37,421 nt of DNA. Origin: Syntrophales bacterium. GTDB taxonomy: Bacteria; Desulfobacterota; Syntrophia; Syntrophales; UBA8958. The stretch lies in contig JALNVY010000003.1 of assembly GCA_023231165.1 (NCBI GenBank), positions 1 to 37,421 of the forward strand, read 5' to 3'. Made by a program: the position numbers and the translations under genes. The notes below the pieces were generated by a model. The model did not search any database, was not told the DNA's origin, and was given only the letters and a program-made list of their open reading frames with translations. The number at the start of each line of letters is the position of its first letter. Within the stretch, counting starts at the first letter, position 1. Shown one piece after another: positions 9,533-19,035 of this stretch.

Positions 9533-9856
9533 TTATTTTCTTTTCAAAAGGTTGATCAGGTTCGTTTGTTCCTTCTCCCGGTTTCGTTGCTGCGTAAACT
9601 CTTCAACTTGTCCGAGATCCTCCCATTCTTCCGTGGTAAGATCATCGGCCCGTAGGGGATAACCGGCCATTTTCAAGTGACGCAGTCGAAATATCTTGGC
9701 CGTGTATTCGCTGATATCCGACGGTTTTTTCTTTTTCTCCGGGCAATTATCGCATGTCCATTTGTGGTGGTCGGCGTCGACCCCCTTCAGGCATTTTTCC
9801 TCAACAAGCTCATCGCAGAGCCCCCGGCGTATCGCCGCCAGGTCTAAGCCAAAGGG
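9533..9856 (-). CDS. Tail assembly chaperone -1 frame extension (gpGT-like)
   Basis: 107 sense codons open in the -1 frame from slippery CCCTTTG (9850-9856) to a TAA one base before the tape measure ATG. Confidence 0.75.
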   Translation of the reverse strand, partial: PFGLDLAAIRRGLCDELVEEKCLKGVDADHHKWTCDNCPEKKKKPSDISEYTAKIFRLRHLKMAGYPLRADDLTTEEWEDLGQVEEFTQQRNREKEQTNLINLLKRK

Positions 9857-10359
9857 GAGCCGCCATCCACACCGTTATCCGCGCTGGCGCCTTCGGGGGC
9901 GCCGCCCGCCGCTTCTAGGCCCAAATCGGGCGATTCATTCCAGTCGTCCTCTGTCGCCGGTAAAATCTCCAGTTCGTCTCCTCTCGCGGTTGCGGAGCGC
10001 ACCAGAGACGATTCAAACGCAATGACCGCCAACATTTCGATGACGTCCGGGGCGTATTGCTTTACGGCCGATTTCCATTCGGGATCGTAATCGTTGTCAG
10101 TTGGGGTTGAGGAGATCAGGCCTTTGCCGGGAACGGAGAAGGCGCCCGTTTTAAACCCGGTCAAAATCGCAGATCCGGCCCTCATCCGGAGTTCTCCTAC
10201 CGTAGAGACAATTTTATTACCCTGCCTGGTAACGTAGCCGTTCGTATATTTCACCCGCTCCGCCGTTGTCGGCGTGCGGTAGTAGAGAGTGATCTTGTCA
10301 CCCGATATCCGGTCATCGAATGTCACTTCGCAGGGGCTATTGCTTAATTCACGGGGCAT
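9844..10359 (-). CDS. Tail assembly chaperone (gpG-like)
   Basis: Lies between tail tube and tape measure; acidic C-terminus ending at a slippery heptamer. Confidence 0.8.
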   Translation of the reverse strand: MPRELSNSPCEVTFDDRISGDKITLYYRTPTTAERVKYTNGYVTRQGNKIVSTVGELRMRAGSAILTGFKTGAFSVPGKGLISSTPTDNDYDPEWKSAVKQYAPDVIEMLAVIAFESSLVRSATARGDELEILPATEDDWNESPDLGLEAAGGAPEGASADNGVDGGSPLA

Positions 10360-10390
10360 GAGTTTAATCCTTTCTTTTTCATGTGTTTGG

Positions 10391-11686
10391 TTATGCCGCG
10401 TAGGCGGCCTGCTTGTTCTTCACTTTGACGATGACGCTGCCGTAGGTGTCGTCTTCCAGCACCTGGAGATCTCCCGATTCACCGAGGCGCTTGCCGTCTA
10501 CAGCGATTGGCGCCGACAGAACGCCGACCTTCGGGAAAATGATCTCGACCTGGTATTTGTGCGACGTTCCGTCGTACCACGCCCCTTCGGCCAGGATGTA
10601 GAGGCCCAGGGTATCGTTCAGCTCCATGTGCTGCTGGAGAATGAATTCCCGGAACTCCCGATCGAGCTTAATCTTTTGCGTCCGGCCGCCCCGTTGCGCC
10701 CGGGAAGCATAGGCCCCGCCGCCGCCGGGAACGAACGAGATCTCCATGTTATTGTTGAAGCTCCATTCGATGGACTTCATTTCCGCCTGCAATTCCCGGC
10801 CGCCGGTAAAAGCCGATCCACCCCAGACGCCGCCGACGATCACGGTCATCTCGGAGACCCGTAGTGGCGTTTCATTCACCCTGGCGGGGAAGGTCATCCA
10901 TGCGGACCCGGACTCTGCCGCAATGTAAAGGATTTTGAAGTCTTTGAGGGTATGCGCGGCGCCCGGAGCGGTGATGGTGATTACGGCAGGGGCCGCATCG
11001 GAAACAGCGGAATAGGCGACTTCCGTCCAGACACCTGTGGCCAGCTCGACCTTGATCCGCTGGACATTGTTAAGGCGCGTTGCTGCGTCAGCGCCTTCGA
11101 CGCCGAGGGCCGCCAGAGTAAGGGATGTTCCGTCGATATAGGCGTTTACCGTTTCTTCAACGACGTTGTCCGTCTTCTTGCCCGTGGCCTTGATTGATCC
11201 GGTCAATTTCACCCATGAATCCCGGGCGAATGTCGCCGTAAGAGAATCCACAAATCCGGAGGCAAATAGCCGTTTCAATACTGTTTTCCCATAGCGGACG
11301 GCAAACGTGAAGGACGGCAGCGATCGATCCGCATCCAGATCCCCGTCGATCGGGGTATTGGTGTGCTGATATCCGCCCGTGCCGGCAGCCGCGGGGGTGC
11401 TCACCCCCAGACCATAGGACGTCAGAAACGCAAAGTGCTGGGGTTGCGCCTTTTCGAAATTCATGGACAGATTTGCCGTTGCCCCCAGATCGTAAATGGT
11501 ATCCGGTTCTTCTTTGCCCGTCGCCTCGCTTTCATTGTTCTCCCGGCGGTATTCCAGGTTAGGTATGTCGCCCAGGGCACATAGCAGGGTCAGATCCAGC
11601 GTCTGTTCCGTGTTGATGGCCGTTTCCTTGGCATACGCGGACACGGCGATCAGGTCATGCGTGGCCATATAGCTGCGAGTGTTCAT
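10391..11686 (-). CDS. Major tail tube protein
   Basis: 431 aa; position after neck genes and before the chaperone; no sheath gene seen. Confidence 0.7.
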   Translation of the reverse strand: MNTRSYMATHDLIAVSAYAKETAINTEQTLDLTLLCALGDIPNLEYRRENNESEATGKEEPDTIYDLGATANLSMNFEKAQPQHFAFLTSYGLGVSTPAAAGTGGYQHTNTPIDGDLDADRSLPSFTFAVRYGKTVLKRLFASGFVDSLTATFARDSWVKLTGSIKATGKKTDNVVEETVNAYIDGTSLTLAALGVEGADAATRLNNVQRIKVELATGVWTEVAYSAVSDAAPAVITITAPGAAHTLKDFKILYIAAESGSAWMTFPARVNETPLRVSEMTVIVGGVWGGSAFTGGRELQAEMKSIEWSFNNNMEISFVPGGGGAYASRAQRGGRTQKIKLDREFREFILQQHMELNDTLGLYILAEGAWYDGTSHKYQVEIIFPKVGVLSAPIAVDGKRLGESGDLQVLEDDTYGSVIVKVKNKQAAYAA

Positions 11687-11937
11687 TATTTCACCTCACC
11701 GTTTTCCGGAGCCAAAGCCGCAGCCCCCTCGTTGGTTTTTGCCTTGGTCGCCTCGGCGCGGATCTGTTTGAATCCTGTCCCGCTATCCGGCGCCTCTTCC
11801 TTGATTTTCCGAAACCGCCCCATTTCCTGCGGCGGGACATCCGCGTAGGCCTGGCCGGGCTTATACGTCTTCCCGGCATAGGGGCCATCCACGACGGTAA
11901 ACGATTCGCTTCCTAGTTTTAATTGGTACATGGTCAT
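11686..11937 (-). CDS. Small hypothetical protein, neck/tail region
   Basis: AAGGAGG SD; stop overlaps the next start. Confidence 0.65.
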   Translation of the reverse strand: MTMYQLKLGSESFTVVDGPYAGKTYKPGQAYADVPPQEMGRFRKIKEEAPDSGTGFKQIRAEATKAKTNEGAAALAPENGEVK

Positions 11938-11945
11938 TTTCCTCC

Positions 11946-12347
11946 TTACGGCAGAACGTTATTCGTCTTATAATTCAAGGCATAGACAAGGATGCCGCCT
12001 CTTGCGAGCATCAGATCTTCACTGACCGGCCAAAGCTTATCGAAACCCTCAACCTGGTATCCGATCAGCACTCCCCTAACTGCCTCGATGATCGCATTGC
12101 AACTCGACACCCCTGCTTTGCGGCTCCGTACATTTTTCCCGACCAGTATGATCATGAAATTCATTGTATGGCCGCCGTCGGTCTGCTTTTCCTCAAAGTC
12201 CGCGCCCCGGTAAACCACATTCAGGGCAGGCAGGCCCTGGGGCGTCTTCAGAAGCTCTTCGATGTCACCCTGCCAGATATCGACGGTCTTCACGCTCGTT
12301 ATGGTTTCCAGTTGTTCGATGATGCCATTTTGATATTCATCGATCAT
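11946..12347 (-). CDS. Mu gp37-like tail terminator protein
   Basis: Size, LPALNVVY motif and position after the gp36-like gene. Confidence 0.7.
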   Translation of the reverse strand: MIDEYQNGIIEQLETITSVKTVDIWQGDIEELLKTPQGLPALNVVYRGADFEEKQTDGGHTMNFMIILVGKNVRSRKAGVSSCNAIIEAVRGVLIGYQVEGFDKLWPVSEDLMLARGGILVYALNYKTNNVLP

Positions 12348-12806
12348 TTAAAACCCTTTCATTTTGTCTCTCGTGAAAACTCGCGTGCTTGCCTCAGAAC
12401 TCATGCAGGTATCCGCCCCGACCGGCGCCGGCGTCGAGACCCCCAGTTTAATCTTGTCATCCGCCACTTTTTCAAGAAACCGGATGGCCTCTTTATTCCG
12501 CTCCGCGCGGATCTCCGGCATTCCCATATCGCGGCGGGAATAGAGATTGTAGATAGCGATATCCACCGCAAGCTGATTGATCTTAGGCGGGACGGGCGAA
12601 AGGGGCACGGGATAGCGACTTTGGCAGTAGGCATCGATCGTCGCATCCGCCGCCGCGATCGCCTCATCGATCCGGCCGATGATCGCCGCATGGTCTTCAT
12701 CCGTTGGATCAATGGCCGCCGGGCTCAGGTTCTCGTCATCCGTGAGCTGGATGATCGTCTCCTCCGGCAAAAGGTTCCTGATATTATCAAGCGTGCAGTA
12801 CGGCAT
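12348..12806 (-). CDS. Mu gp36-like head-tail adaptor (DUF1320-like)
   Basis: MPYCT...IDAY..SRYPVPL...DIAIYNL...AIRFLEKVA pattern. Confidence 0.88.
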   Translation of the reverse strand: MPYCTLDNIRNLLPEETIIQLTDDENLSPAAIDPTDEDHAAIIGRIDEAIAAADATIDAYCQSRYPVPLSPVPPKINQLAVDIAIYNLYSRRDMGMPEIRAERNKEAIRFLEKVADDKIKLGVSTPAPVGADTCMSSEASTRVFTRDKMKGF

Positions 12807-12808
12807 GC

Positions 12809-13147
12809 CTACTTGCCTTTCTTGGCCGGTTTGAACGGCTTTTTCTCGCTCGCATCTTCATTGACCATCTCCTTGCACGGAGGCATTCCGCTCGGACCGA
12901 GCTGTTCACCCGGATCGCCGTTGTCCGGCCGCTCTTCGACCCCCGCCGATACCTCGATACCGGGACCCGTGCAGGGATCGACCAGCGTGTCAGACAAGGG
13001 AACATGAATCACCTCGACGGTCAGCATCGGCTCGGCCTGCAGGATTGCGACGGTTGTGTCATCCACATTCATGACAATGGGATTTCGCGTGAATTCCTTC
13101 CCGGCCCTGCGAAAATTCGGTGGGACGGACTTGATACTGATTTTCAT
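12809..13147 (-). CDS. HI1506-like Mu-phage protein
   Basis: FRRAGKEF...LQAEPMLTV motif; follows the major capsid gene. Confidence 0.7.
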   Translation of the reverse strand: MKISIKSVPPNFRRAGKEFTRNPIVMNVDDTTVAILQAEPMLTVEVIHVPLSDTLVDPCTGPGIEVSAGVEERPDNGDPGEQLGPSGMPPCKEMVNEDASEKKPFKPAKKGK

Positions 13148-13224
13148 AGATTGCTCCTTTCTGCATCGGGGGCGGGACGGCCCGCCCCTTATGATTGATC
13201 GACCGCATCTCGCGCGGGGACCTC

Positions 13225-14103
13225 CTACGTCAGCCAGGGGCAGACAACGAGCTGCGTCGTTTTGTACCAGATGTTCGACTCACCGCCTGCCTTGTTCATC
13301 TTCTCGACGAGCTCCATCCCCGCAGTCCTGTTTGTGCCGCCGACAATCAGGTGGGTGGCCTTGATACCCAGGGGGACATCCTCATCGTTCTTAAGCGCTG
13401 TCAGCGCGTCTCCCCCCGCGATATAGTTGGCCTCACTGAGCGTGTCCTTCGAGCCATACGCTAGCTGCCAGAGGGCAAACCCGACGTTTTTCCGATCATC
13501 AACGCCGTAAACATATTCGTTCCGCATGAAGGCGCGGTCGTCTGTCGGACGATCCTGGGCCACGAAGCGGGGCGGCCTACGCACCTGTAGGATCACCGGC
13601 TTGATGTACCGGGATAGATCCAGGAGAAACCAGGGATTTCCCCCCCCGCCGCCCGTGTTGGAAACGGATACCCCGTTGACCGGGTGGTCGGTGTCGAAAA
13701 AATACTGGCCGTCGTAGCAGGGGGTCGTGAATCCCGCCGCCAGGAGTGCAAACGCCAGGATGTCGGGATGGATCTTAGCGCCGCGGCCCAGCTCAGCAAT
13801 CATCGGGGCATAGATTCCGACCTGATCGTCCTCGATATGATCGGCGTTAACCGCGACGGTCGCCTCGAACCGCTTGTTTCGGACGATGTAATGGTGAGCG
13901 GACAGATCTTTGATAACGCGCTCGCCGAGCCACTCCTTCATCATCGGGAGAGAGCCGAGCCACGTGTAATCCACGAATGCACCCGAAGAAGGTGCTCGCA
14001 TGGCAATCAGATCGACCATGCTTTCGGCCTTATCGAGGGCCTGGTTAAAGATTGTACTGAATGTGCCGTATATCCCTGTAAGTGCGCCCTGATTGATGAT
14101 CAT
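13225..14103 (-). CDS. Major capsid protein, Mu gpT-like
   Basis: YTWLG..P.MKEWLGER, IEDDQVGIY, CYDGQYFFDTDHPV and FALWQLAYGS motifs. Confidence 0.95.
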   Translation of the reverse strand: MIINQGALTGIYGTFSTIFNQALDKAESMVDLIAMRAPSSGAFVDYTWLGSLPMMKEWLGERVIKDLSAHHYIVRNKRFEATVAVNADHIEDDQVGIYAPMIAELGRGAKIHPDILAFALLAAGFTTPCYDGQYFFDTDHPVNGVSVSNTGGGGGNPWFLLDLSRYIKPVILQVRRPPRFVAQDRPTDDRAFMRNEYVYGVDDRKNVGFALWQLAYGSKDTLSEANYIAGGDALTALKNDEDVPLGIKATHLIVGGTNRTAGMELVEKMNKAGGESNIWYKTTQLVVCPWLT

Positions 14104-14179
14104 GATTTTATCCTCCTTGAATCAATGGTTTATGGTGTTGGCGCGGTAGGCCGCGCCCCGTCGTTATTTCGTCTCCCCT

Positions 14180-15244
14180 TTACGAGGTCAGCAGTTTTTT
14201 CTTATACTCGAGCCAGACTCCGTGCAGATAGACAGCATCCCCGGCGTGCGCCTCGGGCATCACGACCAGGGTCATATTGGCATCGGTCTGATTTGCCGGC
14301 AGGTCCGCCAGAGCAATCGTCGCCGTTAATTCCGCCTTGACCTGGGTGATGAGATTGGATGCCCCAGCGGCGGGGAAGCAGTCGCCATCCGATTCTCCGA
14401 AATACGCCTCGCCGTCGATGTGCACAACGTTGGCATCCGCGTCCTTTGAGCAGAGGAAATGCACGACCAGATTTGCTGTGAGGTCGATGTCCGGGGGGAG
14501 AATGACCTGCGCCGCAATCTGATCGGTGTTACCCGCAGCCCACGCAAGGCGCATCGCATCGCCATCCGCGATGTTGGTCAAGATCGGGGTGGTGTCGGTG
14601 GCCAGAATCCCACCATTACCGGCGGCATTGATGAATACCCCTGCCGCCAGTTCCCTGAAGGAAGTCAGCGGGATCGGGATAAATCCCTGAATCGACTTTA
14701 TATGCTGGTAGATCTCTGCCAGGGCGAGCTGGGCATTGGCCGGAATGGCAAGACCACCTGCGACGGCGGAGATCGCCGAGGCGGCATGGGCATTACTCCC
14801 GTCTGCGATGTGGCTGGCAACGTCCGCCTGCTTGATCGCGGGTTCGATGTCGATGTACGCATGTGTGGTATCGATGTATTCCGCAATCACACCGCAGAAA
14901 ATCCCGTTATTGACGTTTCCGATCAGATCGACCGTCTGATCGTCCACCAGGAACACGTTATCGCCGACATTGGCCTGCGTGATCGCCGTGGCCAGTGTTG
15001 CCTTGACCAGACCGCGCCTGCGGGCGATCGCCGTGGCGGAGCCATTGCCCGAGGTGCTCGGGACGTAGGTCCGGGAGATTCCCTGGAAAATGAGGCCCGC
15101 CGCATCATCTCCGGGAACTCCCCAGCCGGTTGCATCCACGCAAAGGAACGAGCCCGCGAAGATCTCTGTAAGCGTCTTGATCGGGACGGGCACTTCCACC
15201 CCTTCCTTGTATTCGAGTTTTTTGTCCTGCGTTAAAGCCGTCAT
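14180..15244 (-). CDS. Capsid decoration/cement protein with long C-terminal extension
   Basis: Lies between protease and capsid; N-terminal ~135 aa resemble small Mu-type decoration proteins. Confidence 0.6.
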   Translation of the reverse strand: MTALTQDKKLEYKEGVEVPVPIKTLTEIFAGSFLCVDATGWGVPGDDAAGLIFQGISRTYVPSTSGNGSATAIARRRGLVKATLATAITQANVGDNVFLVDDQTVDLIGNVNNGIFCGVIAEYIDTTHAYIDIEPAIKQADVASHIADGSNAHAASAISAVAGGLAIPANAQLALAEIYQHIKSIQGFIPIPLTSFRELAAGVFINAAGNGGILATDTTPILTNIADGDAMRLAWAAGNTDQIAAQVILPPDIDLTANLVVHFLCSKDADANVVHIDGEAYFGESDGDCFPAAGASNLITQVKAELTATIALADLPANQTDANMTLVVMPEAHAGDAVYLHGVWLEYKKKLLTS

Positions 15245-15313
15245 ATTGAAATTCCTCCAAGCATTTTTTGGTTTAGGCCGTATCCGGAACTGTCACGCCG
15301 GATGAAAAGCCAT

Positions 15314-16321
15314 CTATTGCTGTTCCTTCGGACCGTACTTTTTGTACGTCTCGGCATCGACGCCGCATTGCTTGTTGATCATTGCCTGGGTCTCATCGAG
15401 CGCACCCTCGGCCGGCTTTTCGTTGCCGACCACTTTGCCCATGACGACTACAACCGGGGCCTTGGCCACAAACACCTTGAATCCTTCGATGTCGCGCTTG
15501 GCGTATTCCCCCGCCCATTCTTTCTGTGCGGGGGTGATTTTCCCCTCCTTCATGGCCAGGGCCACCAGCTCCGTCGCAGCATTCGCGCCCATCTGCTCCT
15601 TCAATTGCGCGACCTCCTGGGCCAACGTGCCGACCTGGCCATGAGACTGTTTCATGGCCATGATTGTGCCGGTAATTTCGGCCTCCGTGGCGGCCTCGGA
15701 GAGCCCCAGCGCCGTCAGCACACCCTTGTTTGCCACGATCTGAACGGGTTCCTTCAGTTTGTTCACCGCCATGATCGCATCCTGCTCCGTTGCCGTCTCG
15801 GCCAGTCCGAGCAACTTCAGTAGCTCCTTCATAGTATCTTCCTCCTTGCGTTGATTGATGGTTTCAAATTGATATTCCGAGCTTTTATTGATCAGCGGGA
15901 CCATCCCGTCGATGTTCGGTTCGTTTGTCAGGGCCACATTGATCAGCCGCACAACCCTGTGATCTGATTTACGCTTCAAAAAAACCGGGGAGACATAGCG
16001 ATACTCCTTATTGGCGAGATACTCTTTTGCCCGCTCCGTCCATTCGACAACGGCCCAGACGCCGTCGGTGCCTTTGTTGATCAGTTTCTTGATCCACCCT
16101 GCCGCGGGTGCCTGGACTCCCATCAAGGTCTGGTGTTCGTAATCGATGACCATGTCATTTTTTTGCGCCTCGAAGGCCGCGACCACGCCCTGCGCGCTTT
16201 CGTCATCGAGCGTGAACGGACCTTTCGGCGTATTGATGTTTCCGAAGGGAATCACCTGGATTTCCGCCGGGACTCCCGCCACTTCCTTGCATATTAAAAC
16301 GAGCGTATTTCCCATGATCAC
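15314..16321 (-). CDS. Prohead protease/scaffold, Mu gpI-like; internal scaffold start at 15832
   Basis: IDYEHQT, APAAGW, EYRYVSPVF and ALTNEP motifs; AAGGAGG before internal MKELLKLLGL. Confidence 0.93.
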   Translation of the reverse strand: MIMGNTLVLICKEVAGVPAEIQVIPFGNINTPKGPFTLDDESAQGVVAAFEAQKNDMVIDYEHQTLMGVQAPAAGWIKKLINKGTDGVWAVVEWTERAKEYLANKEYRYVSPVFLKRKSDHRVVRLINVALTNEPNIDGMVPLINKSSEYQFETINQRKEEDTMKELLKLLGLAETATEQDAIMAVNKLKEPVQIVANKGVLTALGLSEAATEAEITGTIMAMKQSHGQVGTLAQEVAQLKEQMGANAATELVALAMKEGKITPAQKEWAGEYAKRDIEGFKVFVAKAPVVVVMGKVVGNEKPAEGALDETQAMINKQCGVDAETYKKYGPKEQQ

Positions 16322-16767
16322 CGTCCTCTTCCGAGCGCCAGATAGTTATTGACCCCTTCGGTAAACGACCTGTTGGGATCGGTTGCCTTCGCCGCATCCA
16401 TCAAGAAGGGGCGTCCCACCATGCCTTTGACGGACCCGAACGGGTGTCCCGCCCCCGGCCAGAACAGGGCCTTTTTGTTTTTCGGGACTATATTCGTCTT
16501 ATGCGGGCCGTAAAGACCGGTCCCCTCGTGAACAAACTCCGCGTACGGGGCACTGAAGGTAATCGTTCCCTTTGTCCCACCCTCATTGACATTGCTGCTG
16601 CCGGAGTTGGCCAGGTTTGACGTTCGTTTCGGAGCCCCTTTAACGGCGAGCGCCTCTATGTCCGCAACGATATTGATCATCCCCGCCCGACGGGCGCCAA
16701 GAAAGTCCGCTTCGAGATTGCGGGCCCACGCGGCCATATCCGGTAGTTTAATTTCGAAATCCTTCAT
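16318..16767 (-). CDS. Virion morphogenesis/tail completion protein (Mu gpG / HK97 gp10-like)
   Basis: PYAEFVHEGT...KKALFW...GRPFL; start re-called at the ATGA overlap with the portal stop. Confidence 0.8.
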   Translation of the reverse strand: MKDFEIKLPDMAAWARNLEADFLGARRAGMINIVADIEALAVKGAPKRTSNLANSGSSNVNEGGTKGTITFSAPYAEFVHEGTGLYGPHKTNIVPKNKKALFWPGAGHPFGSVKGMVGRPFLMDAAKATDPNRSFTEGVNNYLALGRGR

Positions 16768-18905
16768 TTGACCCTCTTGATCACCTTGCCGTGACAATGG
16801 GGATGGTACGGCGGCAGCAGCCCGCTGGAGACAATGCTGCCCAGGTTTGCCAACGTCGGCGGTATTTTTTTAAGGTCGGCGCTGTACTCTTCCGCGCTCA
16901 TAGCCGTCTGTTCCGTCATTTTTTGGTAAGCGACCGGGACGCTGATGACGCGGCCGTTCATGGACGCGCAAAAAGCGCAATCCATCAGCGGTTCGTAGAT
17001 CTCTATTTCGGCGATGCCCGCTTCATGGAATTGTGAAACGCTTGCACAGTTTCGAATCCGTTGGACGGACGTATCTACGATACGCTGAAGCTGCCAGTCT
17101 TCCACTTCGGCAAGCTTTTGGCTGAAGAGATCCCGGAAAGCCTGCGTATCTTCCGGTGTGCCCCGTCCGAAGATTCCGGCGCCCTGGCCGAGATATTGCT
17201 CCTTTAAAAAATCTTTCACGACAGCCTGGGCGTCGGAATTTTTGAAATATGAGGAGATGTAAAAATTATCGAGCTTTGCCAGAAAGTTTATGGCGCGTGT
17301 ATCCGGCCCTCCCAAAACAAGGCCGATCCCTGGAGCGGCACGATATGCCTGGTAGATCTCATTGACCATTCCGCTGACGGCCGTTTTGTCGAGAGTGGCA
17401 AAAGAGGCGCCGAGCATCCCTTCGATCTTCGTGATAAACTGATCCTGCGGCGGCGGCGATGAAAGCGATCGCAGCCACCCCTCGATGTCGTCAAGGGCTG
17501 ACGCCCTGACGTTCTGCAGGGAAGGGCCGAGGCGTTCCATGTAGCGCGCCACCCAGTCCGTCTCGCCATCGGCGCCGGCATTGACCATTACGACCAGGCG
17601 CTTATTCGCGACGACCGAGGTCGGGGACGGATTTGGATCTGTCCCCGTTGGAAACATCTGCGCGGACCGCAGGGTCTTTTCTCCCGGTTTTGCCCGAGGA
17701 ATCCCGAAGCGTTCATTCACGTGTGTCTCCGGTATGCCCTCAAAATTGGCATCTTTGACAAGGACCCCATAGATCCTGGCAATCTTTTCAAGATCTCCTT
17801 CATCCTCATAATGAAACTTCAATATCGGGACGCCTTTATCAGGGCCGAAATTGAAGGCGACCCAGGGCTTCAGGAGCTGGAACTTATATGTTTTCGTGAG
17901 TGCCTTCGCATCGTCAGCCTTGAGATCCTGGCGAACCAGTTTAGCCTGGTCCTCGCCGCCCAGCTTTCCCGGCGTACTGTCGGAGCTGCCCGTATGCCCC
18001 AGCACTCCTTTGGACATGGCCTTATCGCAAAACTCGGCCAGGGCGGAATATACACCGGCATCGCCCCGGCGCGTCGACTCGAGTAATTCGATGATCGTAT
18101 TGTCCGAGATCACGGCGGCGGCATCAACGCCCAGGTTGAAGACGGCTCGTTTGAGGGCTTCTTTTTCTTCCGCACCCGCGCCCGGTTTATACTTCCCCAC
18201 CCGCATGGGCACAGAGAACAGTTCGTTGAAAATCACCCAGTTTTTGATGTCGTAATTCTTGAACAGGTACATAAAAGAGCATGGCCTCAGCAATCCGCCG
18301 CGTGCCGTTGCCCCGGATCTGGCTCGGTACTTGTGAACGATGAACTTGTTGGGCAGCAACTCCTCACCCCAGGTCGGGCTGGCGTCCGTGAGAAGGCGGG
18401 GATGTTCCAAAAGCACTGTGGCAGTGTTGAAGGTAAAACGCCTTTGATGGATCCACTTTATCTCTTTAGCCCATACCTGCCCTTCAGACATGTCCCAGAG
18501 GATCTCTTGGGCATTGAAGCCCTTACCGACGGCATCCATCGTATCCTTGAGAGCGTCTTCCAAGTTTTCTACATATTCGAGCATCTCCTTGGCGGCAGCG
18601 GCGATCATCTTATCCTCCGCCGAATCGGATGCCGGGAGCATCTCCCAGTCCAGACCCGTTACGGCCAGTTTCCGTGTTTGCAGAATCCCGCCCAGGTGTA
18701 GATCCTTCTCTTCCATCTCCTCGAACAGTTCCGCCTGGCGAGTCACGTCGCCCTGGTCGGCTTCCTTGAAGATCGTCGCAAGTCTCTGCGGTGTGAGCCC
18801 CTGGGATGGGTATGATGCATACCGGTCCCGGATAGACTGGACAGCCACTTCCTCCAGGATCGGCTTGTTGGATTTTATTTCCCTGCCAAACTGGTCTAGC
18901 AGCAT
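16764..18905 (-). CDS. Portal protein (DUF935 / Mu gp29-like) fused to a gpF-like head morphogenesis domain
   Basis: ELFEEMEEKD, GLLR and P.RVGKY portal motifs; C-terminal CAFC and PPYHPHCH. Confidence 0.88.
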   Translation of the reverse strand: MLLDQFGREIKSNKPILEEVAVQSIRDRYASYPSQGLTPQRLATIFKEADQGDVTRQAELFEEMEEKDLHLGGILQTRKLAVTGLDWEMLPASDSAEDKMIAAAAKEMLEYVENLEDALKDTMDAVGKGFNAQEILWDMSEGQVWAKEIKWIHQRRFTFNTATVLLEHPRLLTDASPTWGEELLPNKFIVHKYRARSGATARGGLLRPCSFMYLFKNYDIKNWVIFNELFSVPMRVGKYKPGAGAEEKEALKRAVFNLGVDAAAVISDNTIIELLESTRRGDAGVYSALAEFCDKAMSKGVLGHTGSSDSTPGKLGGEDQAKLVRQDLKADDAKALTKTYKFQLLKPWVAFNFGPDKGVPILKFHYEDEGDLEKIARIYGVLVKDANFEGIPETHVNERFGIPRAKPGEKTLRSAQMFPTGTDPNPSPTSVVANKRLVVMVNAGADGETDWVARYMERLGPSLQNVRASALDDIEGWLRSLSSPPPQDQFITKIEGMLGASFATLDKTAVSGMVNEIYQAYRAAPGIGLVLGGPDTRAINFLAKLDNFYISSYFKNSDAQAVVKDFLKEQYLGQGAGIFGRGTPEDTQAFRDLFSQKLAEVEDWQLQRIVDTSVQRIRNCASVSQFHEAGIAEIEIYEPLMDCAFCASMNGRVISVPVAYQKMTEQTAMSAEEYSADLKKIPPTLANLGSIVSSGLLPPYHPHCHGKVIKRVK

Positions 18906-19035
18906 GTCAAATTCCCCTGCTTGGCGCCCGTTGACATAGTTATAAACAGTGTCAACGAAATCCGCGCCTCGTTGTGGCCGGATAGGTCTGCAAATCGATT
19001 CTGGGGCATTTTTATACGGGACGTGTTTTTCATCA

